From Candidatus Bathyarchaeota archaeon (lineage in GTDB: Archaea > Thermoproteota > Bathyarchaeia > Bathyarchaeales > Bathycorpusculaceae): a stretch of 64,000 bases of DNA. Positions 18,266 to 27,677 of the stretch are shown here, in pieces. The DNA is taken from the NCBI GenBank assembly GCA_963702095.1, contig OY969706.1, positions 1,984,001 through 2,048,000 on the forward strand, read 5' to 3'. The notes beneath the pieces were generated by a model. The model was given only the letters and a program-made list of their open reading frames with translations, searched no databases and had not been told where the DNA came from. Made by a program: the position numbers and the translations under genes. Within the stretch, counting starts at the first letter, position 1. Every line of letters starts with the position of its first letter.

Positions 18266-19633
18266 ATGGGAACTAACATGCGAAAAGTCTACGGGTTTAC
18301 ACTACTTTTGGTTTTAGCTATCGCACTTCCGGTGCCGTTTGGATCAGCACAGAGCGGAACATTCAAGGGCGGAGTAATCAGCGCCAACGAAACATGGACT
18401 CCAGAAGGCAGCCCCTATAACCTTACAGGCAACCTCCTTATAGCCAGCGGTGTAACCCTGACTGTTCAATCCGGCGTAACCATCAACTTCGGCAACTACT
18501 TTCTATGGGTCAATGGCACCATGAATCTGCAGCCGGGCGTCACCCTCAACATGAACCTATTAGGCGAAAGCCTGCGCGTCAACGGCGTCCTAAAAGCAAT
18601 AGGTACACCCAACAATCCTGTACACATTAACGGGGTAGCGTTGGGCCACAATTTCCCACAGCCCTTCTACTCCTACTCGTCCCTTACCTTCGCCGAGGGC
18701 AGCTCAAGTGACACGGTGGTAGAATATACAGAGTTCACTCAGTCATACCTGGAAATCAGCAACTCCATGAAATTCCAGTACAACAACATGCCCAACGGCA
18801 GCATCATAGTGCATGAGGGCACACCAACCATCAAAGGCAACACCATTCCTGACGGACTCAGCGTTGGAGGCGGCTCCCCAACAATCACCGACAACACCTT
18901 GGGAGCAGTCATGTTCTACAACCTCAACAGCCCCGGAAACGCGGCGGTGTTGCAAAACAACCAGATCCACGGCAGCTTAACAATCTACGCCGAGTGGCAA
19001 CATCTATTGGTTCAGGGGAACACTATAAGCGGCGCTGGCATTGGCATTCAAATCTCTACCGGTCAAAGCGGCGACTCTTTTGATCCACGCTTATACCAGA
19101 ATTCGCAGACCATCATCCAATACAACACCATAACGGGCAACATAGTCGGCGTCTACGTGCCAATCTCCTACACGCCCACTATAACCCACAACAACATTTA
19201 CGGCAACCAAATGAACCTGAAACTTGGCACGTGGGGAGGCATCCCAGCATCAGGCAACATTACCATGATCAACAACTGGTGGGGAACAGCCGATCAGGCG
19301 GCAATACAACAGTCAATCTATGACTACAACAACGACTTCACCTTGGGACACGTCAACTTTGTTCCCTTCCTGTCAGCCCCCGTTTCCGGAGCGCCACCGG
19401 CAACCCCGACAAATTCGACCACTACCCCAACGCCTCAGCCGACAGCTAATCCAACATCTGTTTATCCGACGACAACGCTTCTGCCCCCGTGGAATGGAAC
19501 CACAACACCCCATGGACCCAGCAGCAACAACGGAAGCGGCTCTGACGTGGTGGAAATTGCGATTTTGTCGGTTCTGGTTGTTTTGGCTGTTCTTGTCGCA
19601 GTCTTAATTGTCACATTAAGACGCAGACGATGA
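18266..19633 (+). CDS. membrane-anchored right-handed beta-helix surface protein
   Basis: Signal peptide, Asn-rich I..N.I repeats, NNWWGT, Pro/Thr linker, C-terminal TM helix plus RRRR. Confidence 0.85.
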   Translation: MGTNMRKVYGFTLLLVLAIALPVPFGSAQSGTFKGGVISANETWTPEGSPYNLTGNLLIASGVTLTVQSGVTINFGNYFLWVNGTMNLQPGVTLNMNLLGESLRVNGVLKAIGTPNNPVHINGVALGHNFPQPFYSYSSLTFAEGSSSDTVVEYTEFTQSYLEISNSMKFQYNNMPNGSIIVHEGTPTIKGNTIPDGLSVGGGSPTITDNTLGAVMFYNLNSPGNAAVLQNNQIHGSLTIYAEWQHLLVQGNTISGAGIGIQISTGQSGDSFDPRLYQNSQTIIQYNTITGNIVGVYVPISYTPTITHNNIYGNQMNLKLGTWGGIPASGNITMINNWWGTADQAAIQQSIYDYNNDFTLGHVNFVPFLSAPVSGAPPATPTNSTTTPTPQPTANPTSVYPTTTLLPPWNGTTTPHGPSSNNGSGSDVVEIAILSVLVVLAVLVAVLIVTLRRRR

Positions 19634-19639
19634 TTCTGC

Positions 19640-19776
19640 TGTGGAAAACGCCACAACCAAACGCAACGTTTGCCAAACGCTTGAAGTTTGTTCCACAACC
19701 ACATAGCAACCTGCCGCAAACACCAAACAAAAAAAGCAGCAACCTGCCAAGCCCGCTGGTAGTTGTTGTGCATAGG
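19640..19776 (+). repeat. degenerate non-coding repeat downstream of a surface-protein gene
   Basis: 19750-19776 matches 63965-63991 at 23/27 nt; AAAACGCCACA is shared with 57138-57148. Confidence 0.7.
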
Positions 19777-19906
19777 CGACTTTTCACTACTACTAAGACA
19801 CTAAAAAACGAAAAGCCAAAGAGAAACAACTAATCAAAGAACAACTGAAAGGTTAAAAATAAAAAAAAGAAATTTAAATTGTTAGGACAGATGCATAAGC
19901 TTGCGC

Positions 19907-20050
19907 TTAGTATCTTCTTGGGGGTCTACGCTTAGAGTAGCACTCACGGCAGTAAACTGGTCTTGTTCCGTCTGGTTTGAAAGGAACATCGCATTCTTTT
20001 CCACAGTCGGCGCAAGTTGCCTTGTGCATCTCTCTGTTACCATATGACAT
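19907..20050 (-). CDS. CxxC-x17-CxxC domain zinc-ribbon protein, 47 aa (not in ORF track)
   Basis: MSYGNREMHKATCADCGKECDVPFKPDGTRPVYCRECYSKRRPPRRY; upstream AGGAG and TTTATAAG. Confidence 0.92.
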   Translation of the reverse strand: MSYGNREMHKATCADCGKECDVPFKPDGTRPVYCRECYSKRRPPRRY

Positions 20051-20330
20051 TTCGCTATTTCAACTCCTACTTACTTCGTGTGCAAAAACTTCTTTTCGCA
20101 CAGTACCCACATAGACGAAGTCGATGCTTATAAATTGCATGCTTCATTAACTAAATATGCAACGAAAAAAACAATCCAAAACACCAACGAAACGCCGACG
20201 TGGTAAATGGAAAAACGATGAATAGTCAAACTAATATAGTTAAAACCCCATAATAGATGTCCTATTCGAATTTAAAATACGAATAAAAGGGAAAAGCAGA
20301 CAACGCGGCAAGAAAAGGCTTTTCTCAAAA

Positions 20331-20990
20331 ATGAGTGAGGGCAGTTTGAGACAAAAAAAATCAACTTTAGGTGAGCATTTGGCTTTGCTCTCCGTAAAAT
20401 ACAGCGTTTACCCAAACGAAGTTTTCCAAGCCCTCGTTCAAGCAAAACAAAACGAGAGAGCTATCTGCGGCAACCTAACCGTAGAATACCGCGGCAAAAC
20501 CAAAACCGAAACAATCTTCCTCATTACCAAAGATAACGACGTCGTCGCCCAATTCCGCGTTGAGGAAACGTTTCTCCACCGTAAAGACAACCCCTTTGAA
20601 ACTTGGATGAGCACTGATAAAATCAAAAGGAAACTCGCCAAACAAAACACCGAATCTACCCAAACCCAAATCAAAGACCTCCGAGCCGGAATGAAACGAG
20701 TAAACCTAAAAGCCACGGTCATTGAAGTCCCCAAACCAGCTCAGGTACATACTCAATTCGGCAACACAGTCATGGTTGTTAACGCTATAGTCGGGGATGA
20801 GTCAGGAAAAGTTAAGCTGTGCCTCTGGGAGGGACAAATCGGCATCATAAACGTCGGGGACAGCATTGAAATCAAGAATGGGCAAGTCTGTGTGTTCCGC
20901 GGCGAAAAACAGTTGCGGCTGGGAAAGAATGGTTCGCTCTGCGTGCTCAAGGGCGCAGATGTTGACCCGCAAATCGCAACAATCCAATAG
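20331..20990 (+). CDS. OB-fold single-stranded DNA-binding (SSB/RPA-like) protein with an extra N-terminal domain
   Basis: IKDLRAGMKRVNLKATV...VGDESGKVKLCLW...FRGEKQLRLG. Confidence 0.8.
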   Translation: MSEGSLRQKKSTLGEHLALLSVKYSVYPNEVFQALVQAKQNERAICGNLTVEYRGKTKTETIFLITKDNDVVAQFRVEETFLHRKDNPFETWMSTDKIKRKLAKQNTESTQTQIKDLRAGMKRVNLKATVIEVPKPAQVHTQFGNTVMVVNAIVGDESGKVKLCLWEGQIGIINVGDSIEIKNGQVCVFRGEKQLRLGKNGSLCVLKGADVDPQIATIQ

Positions 20991-21124
20991 TTGTTCTGCA
21001 TCCCTAATAATTAGCTCTACAGCCTCCATAGAGGATTGTGAGCCGCCGCACCCTATTTCTCCAACATCACTGTCGAAAGGAGATTAGAAAAGACAGATTG
21101 CCGATAGCTTTGGCGGTTTACCTC

Positions 21125-22624
21125 TTATGGTTTTGCTGCTCCTAATTGGGGGATCTTTGAGTTAGCCAATGCTTCCTCGATGTTCTTGCCTTCACTGACT
21201 TTCAGGTCATAAGCCTGTGCAAAGTTGCGAGCGTTAGGCGTTAAGCTAGGGATTGCGAAAAGCAGAAAGTCACATTCTATGTCGCTAATTTTACCGAGTA
21301 TCCGTGTGATTTCCTCCACATCGACTGGTTTTGAGGAAATGAGCACTTCAACTGCGGTGTTGCCGTTGCCGATTTTAGGTGAAGCCTTATTCGGGCTGGT
21401 GTTTTGGGTTTCCATCCAGCCAACACGCCCCAAGATTAGGATGTCAAAGAGGTGCTGGGTGCCTGATCGCCCACTAATAAACGCAGGTGCCACAATCGTG
21501 TAACCTAGCGCCTTGAAGAATTGGGCGCAGGTGTAGAGCGGCTTTATATGGGGCAGTTCCCGCAGAGGAACACGCAAGTTGGCTGTGTACTTATTGAGGA
21601 GAATTTCAGGTTCATCATCCACATCTTCAGCAGAGGTGCAGTCGCCGCATTTGAGGGCAATTTTGGGTTCACTGCTAATTGCGTTGCAACTTAAGCATTT
21701 GTAGGCAGATGGCAATTGGCGGTAATCTGAACCGATAGATTGAAGCTTGCTTTGGCAATTAGGACAGATTAGATCACCGTTTTGCGTTTTGAAATCACTT
21801 TGTGTATCTACTTCACCGCAGGAGAAATGCTCGATTAAAGCTTCTTTACGGATAAGCGGCGACCCGCATTCGGGACAAGTTTTTATCAGCCTAAGGTTAC
21901 CTGAACCGCATGTCTGGCAAACGATAACCTTGTCGACGGGTTCAGCATTCAAGTAGCCTTTTTGAACAAGCGTATCGAGCACTTGTCGACTGTGCTTAGT
22001 ATCCCAGTCCAATTGGGGGATACCCTCATAGAAGTAACCCTCAGGTTTGCTTGCGTCAACTATTGGAGTGATTTTGCTGACTTTACCGAATAGAAAGAGC
22101 TCCATTATACATTGCTCGTCCCGGCGCAAACCCTGATCAAAGTCGGTTTCAGGGGTTTTAGATAAAGCTATGTTGGCGGCAGTTGTGGGTTGAGTTTGGC
22201 TGGCGGCTTTTACGGGGGTTATAACGATTGGTTCATCGTTTTCGTGGGTAACGGCGGATTTGGCGGAACGTTGCCCTATTGCAAAAACGATTCCAAAACC
22301 TAAACCCAATCCTGCTTCCAGCGCCGCTATGAGAAAAATATTCGCAACTAATGGAGCGTTATATTTTATGATATCAATATTTACGCCGACGAAGATAGTG
22401 GTGAAGTTTTGGAATAAACTAAGCGAGCCCAAAGCGTTACTGACTGTGCTGGTGAACAGAAACGCCACTGCTAAGCAAACCGCACCGGCTATTACGGCGA
22501 AGAGTACCAGGGGAAGAGCCTTACGGCTTTGGGATTTAACTGGAACAAAATTGAAAAGTGCCCCTATAATTATTGCGACGGCTATTGTGAGAACGGGAAA
22601 AAGCAGGGAATCAACTGTTACCAT
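21125..22624 (-). CDS. membrane-anchored TackOD1-like multi-zinc-ribbon protein with a C-terminal PD-(D/E)XK-like domain
   Basis: N-terminal TM helices; C..C, CPECG, EHFSCG, CPNC, C..C; GRSGTQHLFDI. Confidence 0.7.
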   Translation of the reverse strand: MVTVDSLLFPVLTIAVAIIIGALFNFVPVKSQSRKALPLVLFAVIAGAVCLAVAFLFTSTVSNALGSLSLFQNFTTIFVGVNIDIIKYNAPLVANIFLIAALEAGLGLGFGIVFAIGQRSAKSAVTHENDEPIVITPVKAASQTQPTTAANIALSKTPETDFDQGLRRDEQCIMELFLFGKVSKITPIVDASKPEGYFYEGIPQLDWDTKHSRQVLDTLVQKGYLNAEPVDKVIVCQTCGSGNLRLIKTCPECGSPLIRKEALIEHFSCGEVDTQSDFKTQNGDLICPNCQSKLQSIGSDYRQLPSAYKCLSCNAISSEPKIALKCGDCTSAEDVDDEPEILLNKYTANLRVPLRELPHIKPLYTCAQFFKALGYTIVAPAFISGRSGTQHLFDILILGRVGWMETQNTSPNKASPKIGNGNTAVEVLISSKPVDVEEITRILGKISDIECDFLLFAIPSLTPNARNFAQAYDLKVSEGKNIEEALANSKIPQLGAAKP

Positions 22625-22968
22625 GTAGACTCACCATTAACTTTCTTGTTATTGTTAGGTTGAGGGAGATCAAAGCAAACGGTGTTTTTGGTAGGTTTGA
22701 AAGTCAAATGTTGCTTCTCTAAGCAATGAACGGTTTGGCCTTCTACTACAACCATTGTTGTGACACTTTGCGGTTTAGGAAGCAAATTCTTGATTATGGA
22801 AATGATCGTGGATAATTTGTCGAAGGTTTCCGCTTTAACTCTAACCACTATGTCGTAGGCGCTTTGGACAGGATAAGCTTCTTGAACGTACTCCTGTTTC
22901 CTTAGGCAATGGAGGATGGCTTTTTCGGTTCCTGCTGCCGCACTTAACAATATGATAGCTGAAGGCAT
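22618..22968 (-). CDS. Lrp/AsnC ligand-binding domain protein
   Basis: EAYPVQSAYDIVVRVKA...SVTTMVV; no HTH. Confidence 0.8.
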   Translation of the reverse strand: MPSAIILLSAAAGTEKAILHCLRKQEYVQEAYPVQSAYDIVVRVKAETFDKLSTIISIIKNLLPKPQSVTTMVVVEGQTVHCLEKQHLTFKPTKNTVCFDLPQPNNNKKVNGESTW

Positions 22969-23282
22969 CTTTTATCCTTAGCCACAGTAGGGCTCGCTAA
23001 TCAATTAAGCATTTTTGAAAAGAGCATTTTGCATGATTTGCAAACTACTCTATAGCTCGCAATAGGGGGCTATTTTCCTTAGCAAAGCCCAGTTCGCTTG
23101 GTGGTTTAAGTCGAGAATTGTCTGTTCAACATTTTTCTTTATTAGTGAGTGATTAAAGGTGGGCTTGTCTTTTACTTCGTTAGTAGGAATATGAAAAGCA
23201 GTTGCTGTATTGTGGCAGTCACGTGATTATTTATGCATCAATAACACTGTAATGCATAATTCAAAGCTAGAGTGGTTAAATT

Positions 23283-23528
23283 TTGGAGTTCGTAAGCAGC
23301 TATAAGCCTCATAATGCCCTGTTTGGTATTGCAAATGTAGAATCGTCAGATGGCAACTGTAGACTTACAATCGGATACTACTTGGGCGAATCAGCGTTGA
23401 CGCTCATTCTACCGCAGTCCTGTCAAACCTGCCAGCGTATAGTTGTTTGCACAAGGGAATTCGGCGAACAAATAATACAAAAATACAATGAGTCACATAA
23501 GGGCGCAGAAATTTATTTTCTATTGTAG
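23283..23528 (+). CDS. hypothetical protein
   Basis: ORF in an intergenic gap; no recognised motif. Confidence 0.35.
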   Translation: MEFVSSYKPHNALFGIANVESSDGNCRLTIGYYLGESALTLILPQSCQTCQRIVVCTREFGEQIIQKYNESHKGAEIYFLL

Positions 23529-23571
23529 GGTCTCCTTGGAGCGGGACTGACTTTGTGTGGACAAATTTGGG

Positions 23572-23997
23572 CTAGAGATTCTGCCGTATTTTCTCTGCAT
23601 CTAGCTCCAGCGCTTCAGGCATCCGTCCCTGAGAGTGGTCCCTGTAAGCCTTACCGTGCATAAACCCCTGATGTGGCTTCATGGGAATAACGTGCACATG
23701 GAAATGGAATATTACTTGCCCAGCCGCCCAACCATTGTTCTGCACCACCCTAATTCCCTCTGCAGCCATAGCATCCCTGACGCCGACTGCGACACACTTG
23801 ACTATCTTGAAAAGATAAGCAATTTCTTCGTCAGGTATCTCGTAGATGTTTTCATAATGTTTTTTTGGAACCACCAAAGTATGTCCCTCGTTGACTGGGC
23901 GGTTACTCAGGAAAGCCACTACTTTGTCGTCTTCGTAGACTATGCATGCGGGGGCTTCTTTGCGGATTATCTGGCAGAACACACAGTTCTCAGACAT
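23572..23997 (-). CDS. HIT family hydrolase
   Basis: CVFC, GHTLVVPKKH, AGQVIFHFHVHVIP. Confidence 0.93.
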   Translation of the reverse strand: MSENCVFCQIIRKEAPACIVYEDDKVVAFLSNRPVNEGHTLVVPKKHYENIYEIPDEEIAYLFKIVKCVAVGVRDAMAAEGIRVVQNNGWAAGQVIFHFHVHVIPMKPHQGFMHGKAYRDHSQGRMPEALELDAEKIRQNL

Positions 23998-24070
23998 AGA
24001 ATGTCATACCTTTCAGCGGTTTGATGTTAGGGTAATGGTTTAATAGAATTTGCCCTTTCAATAATACTTT

Positions 24071-25093
24071 ATGGAAATCTACGTTGACGACATCGGCAGT
24101 TTCCCCTTGCCTGCGGGAATAAGAAGAGACGATTATGCGAAAGCGTACGAAATGGCACGGGACTCCATAACAAGTGGCCAAGACCCCTACAGAGACGAGT
24201 TCATAGAGAAAATCTTCTGCGCAACAGTCGTGGAATCGTTTAAGAAAAAACTCGCCTCAGGCTTAGACGTGCCCAATTTCCCCCAGCACTTCAGCGGGCT
24301 CAGACAGGTCGGCGACGCCATACACACTGCAATGGCGAACGGTTCATTTGTGGTTGAAGAAAAAAACGCGGTTCTCCCAGAAATTTTTGTTTTGAACAGA
24401 GAAGCAAAGCTTCTGAGCGAGGAAATCGGCAAAAAAATAGAGTTACGAGTGTCAATTTTTGGACCCATAGAACAGTACCTCAACGAAGTGGGCGCAACAG
24501 CATACCCCGATGTGCTCGACGGATTTGCCCAAACCATAAATCGATTCGCAAAAAACAGCATCCTAAACAACAAGTACATCGAAACCAAAGTTGTCTCCAT
24601 CGATGAACCCAGCCTCGGCCACAGCCCCTTCACTGGCTCCGCTGAATTGGTTAGGGAAATGCTGGAAAAAGCCTACGATTTTCATGGACCTGTCCGCCAG
24701 ATTCATCTGCATTTTGCTTCAGGTTTACAGGACCTGTTAGCCGTGAAAGGCTTGGATGTGGTTTCGTTTGAGTATGCGGCTTCGCCGAAAAACATCTATG
24801 CAGTCTCTAAAAACGTACTTGAGCAAGCCGACAAACATATCCGTGTGGGCATCGCCCGAACAGACATCGACGCTATATGGGCTGAACTCTACGAAAAAGG
24901 CATCACTCAACCATCCAACGAGCAAATCGTTGAGCCTCTAGAAACCATCAAGAAGCGCTATCGATATGCGAAGGAAAAGTATGGGGAGCAGATGACGTTT
25001 ACGGGTCCCGACTGCGGCATGGGCAGCTGGCCCAGCCAAGAGGCAGCGGCACTCTTGTTGAAGCGCACGGTTGAAGCGGTAAAAACCGCTTAA
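24071..25093 (+). CDS. single-barrel archaeal MetE-like methionine synthase (methylcobamide:homocysteine methyltransferase family)
   Basis: DDIGSFP, SIDEPSLG, QIHLH, GPDCGMGSW. Confidence 0.75.
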   Translation: MEIYVDDIGSFPLPAGIRRDDYAKAYEMARDSITSGQDPYRDEFIEKIFCATVVESFKKKLASGLDVPNFPQHFSGLRQVGDAIHTAMANGSFVVEEKNAVLPEIFVLNREAKLLSEEIGKKIELRVSIFGPIEQYLNEVGATAYPDVLDGFAQTINRFAKNSILNNKYIETKVVSIDEPSLGHSPFTGSAELVREMLEKAYDFHGPVRQIHLHFASGLQDLLAVKGLDVVSFEYAASPKNIYAVSKNVLEQADKHIRVGIARTDIDAIWAELYEKGITQPSNEQIVEPLETIKKRYRYAKEKYGEQMTFTGPDCGMGSWPSQEAAALLLKRTVEAVKTA

Positions 25094-25097
25094 GCGA

Positions 25098-25991
25098 TTA
25101 TTCCTGTGGTTCTTCGGGTTGAGTCGGTTCAGGGAACGGAGGTGTAGGTCTGGACCCTGTTTTCTTTACTGGTTTCTCGCCGGGTTGAGCTTTGGGTAGT
25201 TCTTTGAAACCGAACGTGCCAACGGGCGGCCACCCTGCTTCAGGCATCGCGGAGGGTATGAGCATTATGGTGTTTGTGCCAGCTTGTTGACCAAGCTCAT
25301 AGATAATATTCATCCATCTTAAACGTAAACCTTGCTCGCTTGACTCATACATTTTTGCTGCTTCAATCATCTTTGCTGATGCTTCAAACTCGGCAGTTGC
25401 CAAAGTTACCCTTGCAATACGTTCGCGTTCTGCTTGTGCTTGGCGACTCATTGCATCTTGTAAGCTGCCCGGGATGATAACGTCTCGAACTTCAACAGCT
25501 GTGGCTTTGATGCCCCACGCCTCTGTCTTCTCATCGATGATTTCTCGCAGGTGCGCCCCGACTTTTTCACGTTCAGCAAGTAGTTCGTTGAGGCTGACTT
25601 TGCCGATGACTTCTCGCAGTGTTGTCTGAGCCGCTAATTGCGTGGCTTGGTAGTAGTTTTCGACTTGCAACACAGCTTTCTCCAAGTCCACGGGCTTCAT
25701 GTACATAACGGAGTCAACGTTTACGGGTACGTTGTCTTTGGTTAAGGTTGATTCTGTACGAAACTGGATTGTATCAAGCCGTGTTGAGATACGAATAGGC
25801 GCTCGGTCAATCAACGGAAACAGATAAGCTAAACCTGGTCCACGCAAACCTACATAGCGTCCCAGTCGCAGCACAGGCATGCGTTCCCATTCTTTGAGAA
25901 TACGGATACCACTTAAGAAGAAAATTGCGATAAAAATAGCTACAATACCTATTATTGGAAGTATAACATCAACCATACGCTTCGCCTTCAA
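25098..25991 (-). CDS. SPFH/stomatin (slipin) family protein
   Basis: GPGL, TKDNVPV, AQTTLREVIG, MSRQAQAERER. Confidence 0.93.
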   Translation of the reverse strand: MKAKRMVDVILPIIGIVAIFIAIFFLSGIRILKEWERMPVLRLGRYVGLRGPGLAYLFPLIDRAPIRISTRLDTIQFRTESTLTKDNVPVNVDSVMYMKPVDLEKAVLQVENYYQATQLAAQTTLREVIGKVSLNELLAEREKVGAHLREIIDEKTEAWGIKATAVEVRDVIIPGSLQDAMSRQAQAERERIARVTLATAEFEASAKMIEAAKMYESSEQGLRLRWMNIIYELGQQAGTNTIMLIPSAMPEAGWPPVGTFGFKELPKAQPGEKPVKKTGSRPTPPFPEPTQPEEPQE

Positions 25992-26014
25992 TAGGCTATC
26001 GGTAGTTTAGAGAG

Positions 26015-26410
26015 TTAAGCTTTTTGCTCAACTGGCGTAACGATTAAAAACATGCCTTCCATATCGACCACTTCAACAGTTTGCCCAACAGGAAGCGAGC
26101 CAGTTTTAGAAGTTGCTTCCCAGAACTCGCCAAGGACACGAACTTCCCCTTTAGGTGCAAGCGCAGTGGTTACGATGCCTTTGGCGCCGATTAGGGCCTC
26201 TTTGCCAGTTTTGATTTTTTTGTGCTGCGCTCTAACGCCGACATAGAGCAGCCAGGTTACAATAAGACCGAAGACTATGAGGATTAAAGCGATTACGGTT
26301 TCAACTTGTAGGGCTAAACCGTAATATACTATGCCAAAACCAGCGGATAAAATAAGAAATACGCCGACGGCGAATAAAACTCCTGCCAGAAAGGCTAGCC
26401 AAGCATGCAT
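26015..26410 (-). CDS. NfeD-like protein
   Basis: TM helices plus TGKEALIG, GEVRVLGEFWEA; paired with the stomatin gene. Confidence 0.9.
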   Translation of the reverse strand: MHAWLAFLAGVLFAVGVFLILSAGFGIVYYGLALQVETVIALILIVFGLIVTWLLYVGVRAQHKKIKTGKEALIGAKGIVTTALAPKGEVRVLGEFWEATSKTGSLPVGQTVEVVDMEGMFLIVTPVEQKA

Positions 26411-26472
26411 GCGAAATCCCTCTAAATAGGATAAGGGGATTCGGCTTATAAGTTATTACAAAAAAAAGTGGA

Positions 26473-26619
26473 TTAGTTCCACTGTTGATTCACGAACAGT
26501 CTTAGTGACGAAGGCTCGTTTATGCTGCTAAACTGCGGCGTTATAGATGGTCGTTTGCGTAGTGGTGGCGCAGGCATCGGAGACGGCGGTTCGAGTTCAA
26601 TGGGGATTTCAGCGATCAG
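26473..26619 (-). CDS. putative 48-aa Pro-rich peptide with a CTG start
   Basis: GGAGG upstream; CTG overlaps the protease stop (CTGA); open to TAA at 26473. Confidence 0.3.
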   Translation of the reverse strand: MIAEIPIELEPPSPMPAPPLRKRPSITPQFSSINEPSSLRLFVNQQWN

Positions 26620-27551
26620 TCTTGCTCGCCTCCATTGGCTGTTGGGATAACGGTTGTTTCAAGGAGGGTTTCTCTGCGGATGATGACAACTTTGGCTTCT
26701 TTGCCAACAACATCTTCTGCTAGCAGCCTTGGCAAGTCATAGAAGTGGGTGACGGGTTTGCCGTTGAATTTCACCAGTACATCGCCCATGGCTAAGCCGG
26801 CTTTGCGTGCGGGGGAGCCTGCTTCGACACTGAAGATCATGACGCCTGTTTCCTGTTCTAGCCCTGCTTGCTCGGCGATTTCTTCGGGGATGGCGACGGT
26901 GTTGGCTATGATGCCGAGGTAGCCGCGTTGTGCGGTTTTGCCGGTCATGAGTCGGTCTGTGATGGCTTTGACTTTGCTGCTGGGGATTGCTATGCCTCTT
27001 TGCCAGACGTAAGCGGTGTTTATGCCGATGAGTTTGCCTTCTGCGTCGATGAGTGGTCCGCCGCTGAAGCCGGGGTTGAGTTGTGCGTCGGTTGCGATGA
27101 CGTTTTCCATGGCGGTGGCGCCTCTCCAGCCGCGGATGGTGCTGTTTACGCTGGTCACCATGCCCGATGTGGCGGTGGGCTGGCTTCTGTTGAACGGGTT
27201 AGCCAACGCCAAAACATATTGGCCCACGTTTAGTTTTTCGCTGTCACCCACCTCAATGGGCGTAAATTCCCCCTTCTCAGCCTTCAGCAAGGCAACGTCG
27301 TTGTATGGGTCAACCCCCACGATTTTTGCGTTTATGGTTTTTTCGCCTATGCCGATTTTGACTGTGCTGCATCCTTGAAGCACATGGCAGCAGGTGACTA
27401 TGTAGCCGTCCGCTGTGAGGACGACTCCTGTGCCCCGTGACATTTGAGCTTTTACGGCAACGACGGACTGCGCGGTTTTCTGGATTAGGCTGCTGGTTGC
27501 GTCTGAGAGCGACTTGAGGACTTCAAGCGGATTAGCAAGTTGTTGAGTCAT
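26616..27551 (-). CDS. HtrA/DegP-like trypsin serine protease with a PDZ domain
   Basis: TCCHV, DVALL, TDAQLNPGFSGGPL, GSPARKAGL; no signal peptide seen. Confidence 0.92.
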   Translation of the reverse strand: MTQQLANPLEVLKSLSDATSSLIQKTAQSVVAVKAQMSRGTGVVLTADGYIVTCCHVLQGCSTVKIGIGEKTINAKIVGVDPYNDVALLKAEKGEFTPIEVGDSEKLNVGQYVLALANPFNRSQPTATSGMVTSVNSTIRGWRGATAMENVIATDAQLNPGFSGGPLIDAEGKLIGINTAYVWQRGIAIPSSKVKAITDRLMTGKTAQRGYLGIIANTVAIPEEIAEQAGLEQETGVMIFSVEAGSPARKAGLAMGDVLVKFNGKPVTHFYDLPRLLAEDVVGKEAKVVIIRRETLLETTVIPTANGGEQD

Positions 27552-27677
27552 ATTTTTTCACTGCAACAGTAATAGGCAAAAAAGTATTTGTTGACTAAGG
27601 AACCCCAAAAGTCAGTCACAAAAGCAGCGGTTTAGCGAAAGAGGCCCCTCCCTCTATAGGTTTCTGCATAGATATGC

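Noticed and set aside
19630-19833. 67-aa ORF after the surface-protein gene
   Set aside because: Translation of the non-coding repeat; low complexity and no ribosome-binding site
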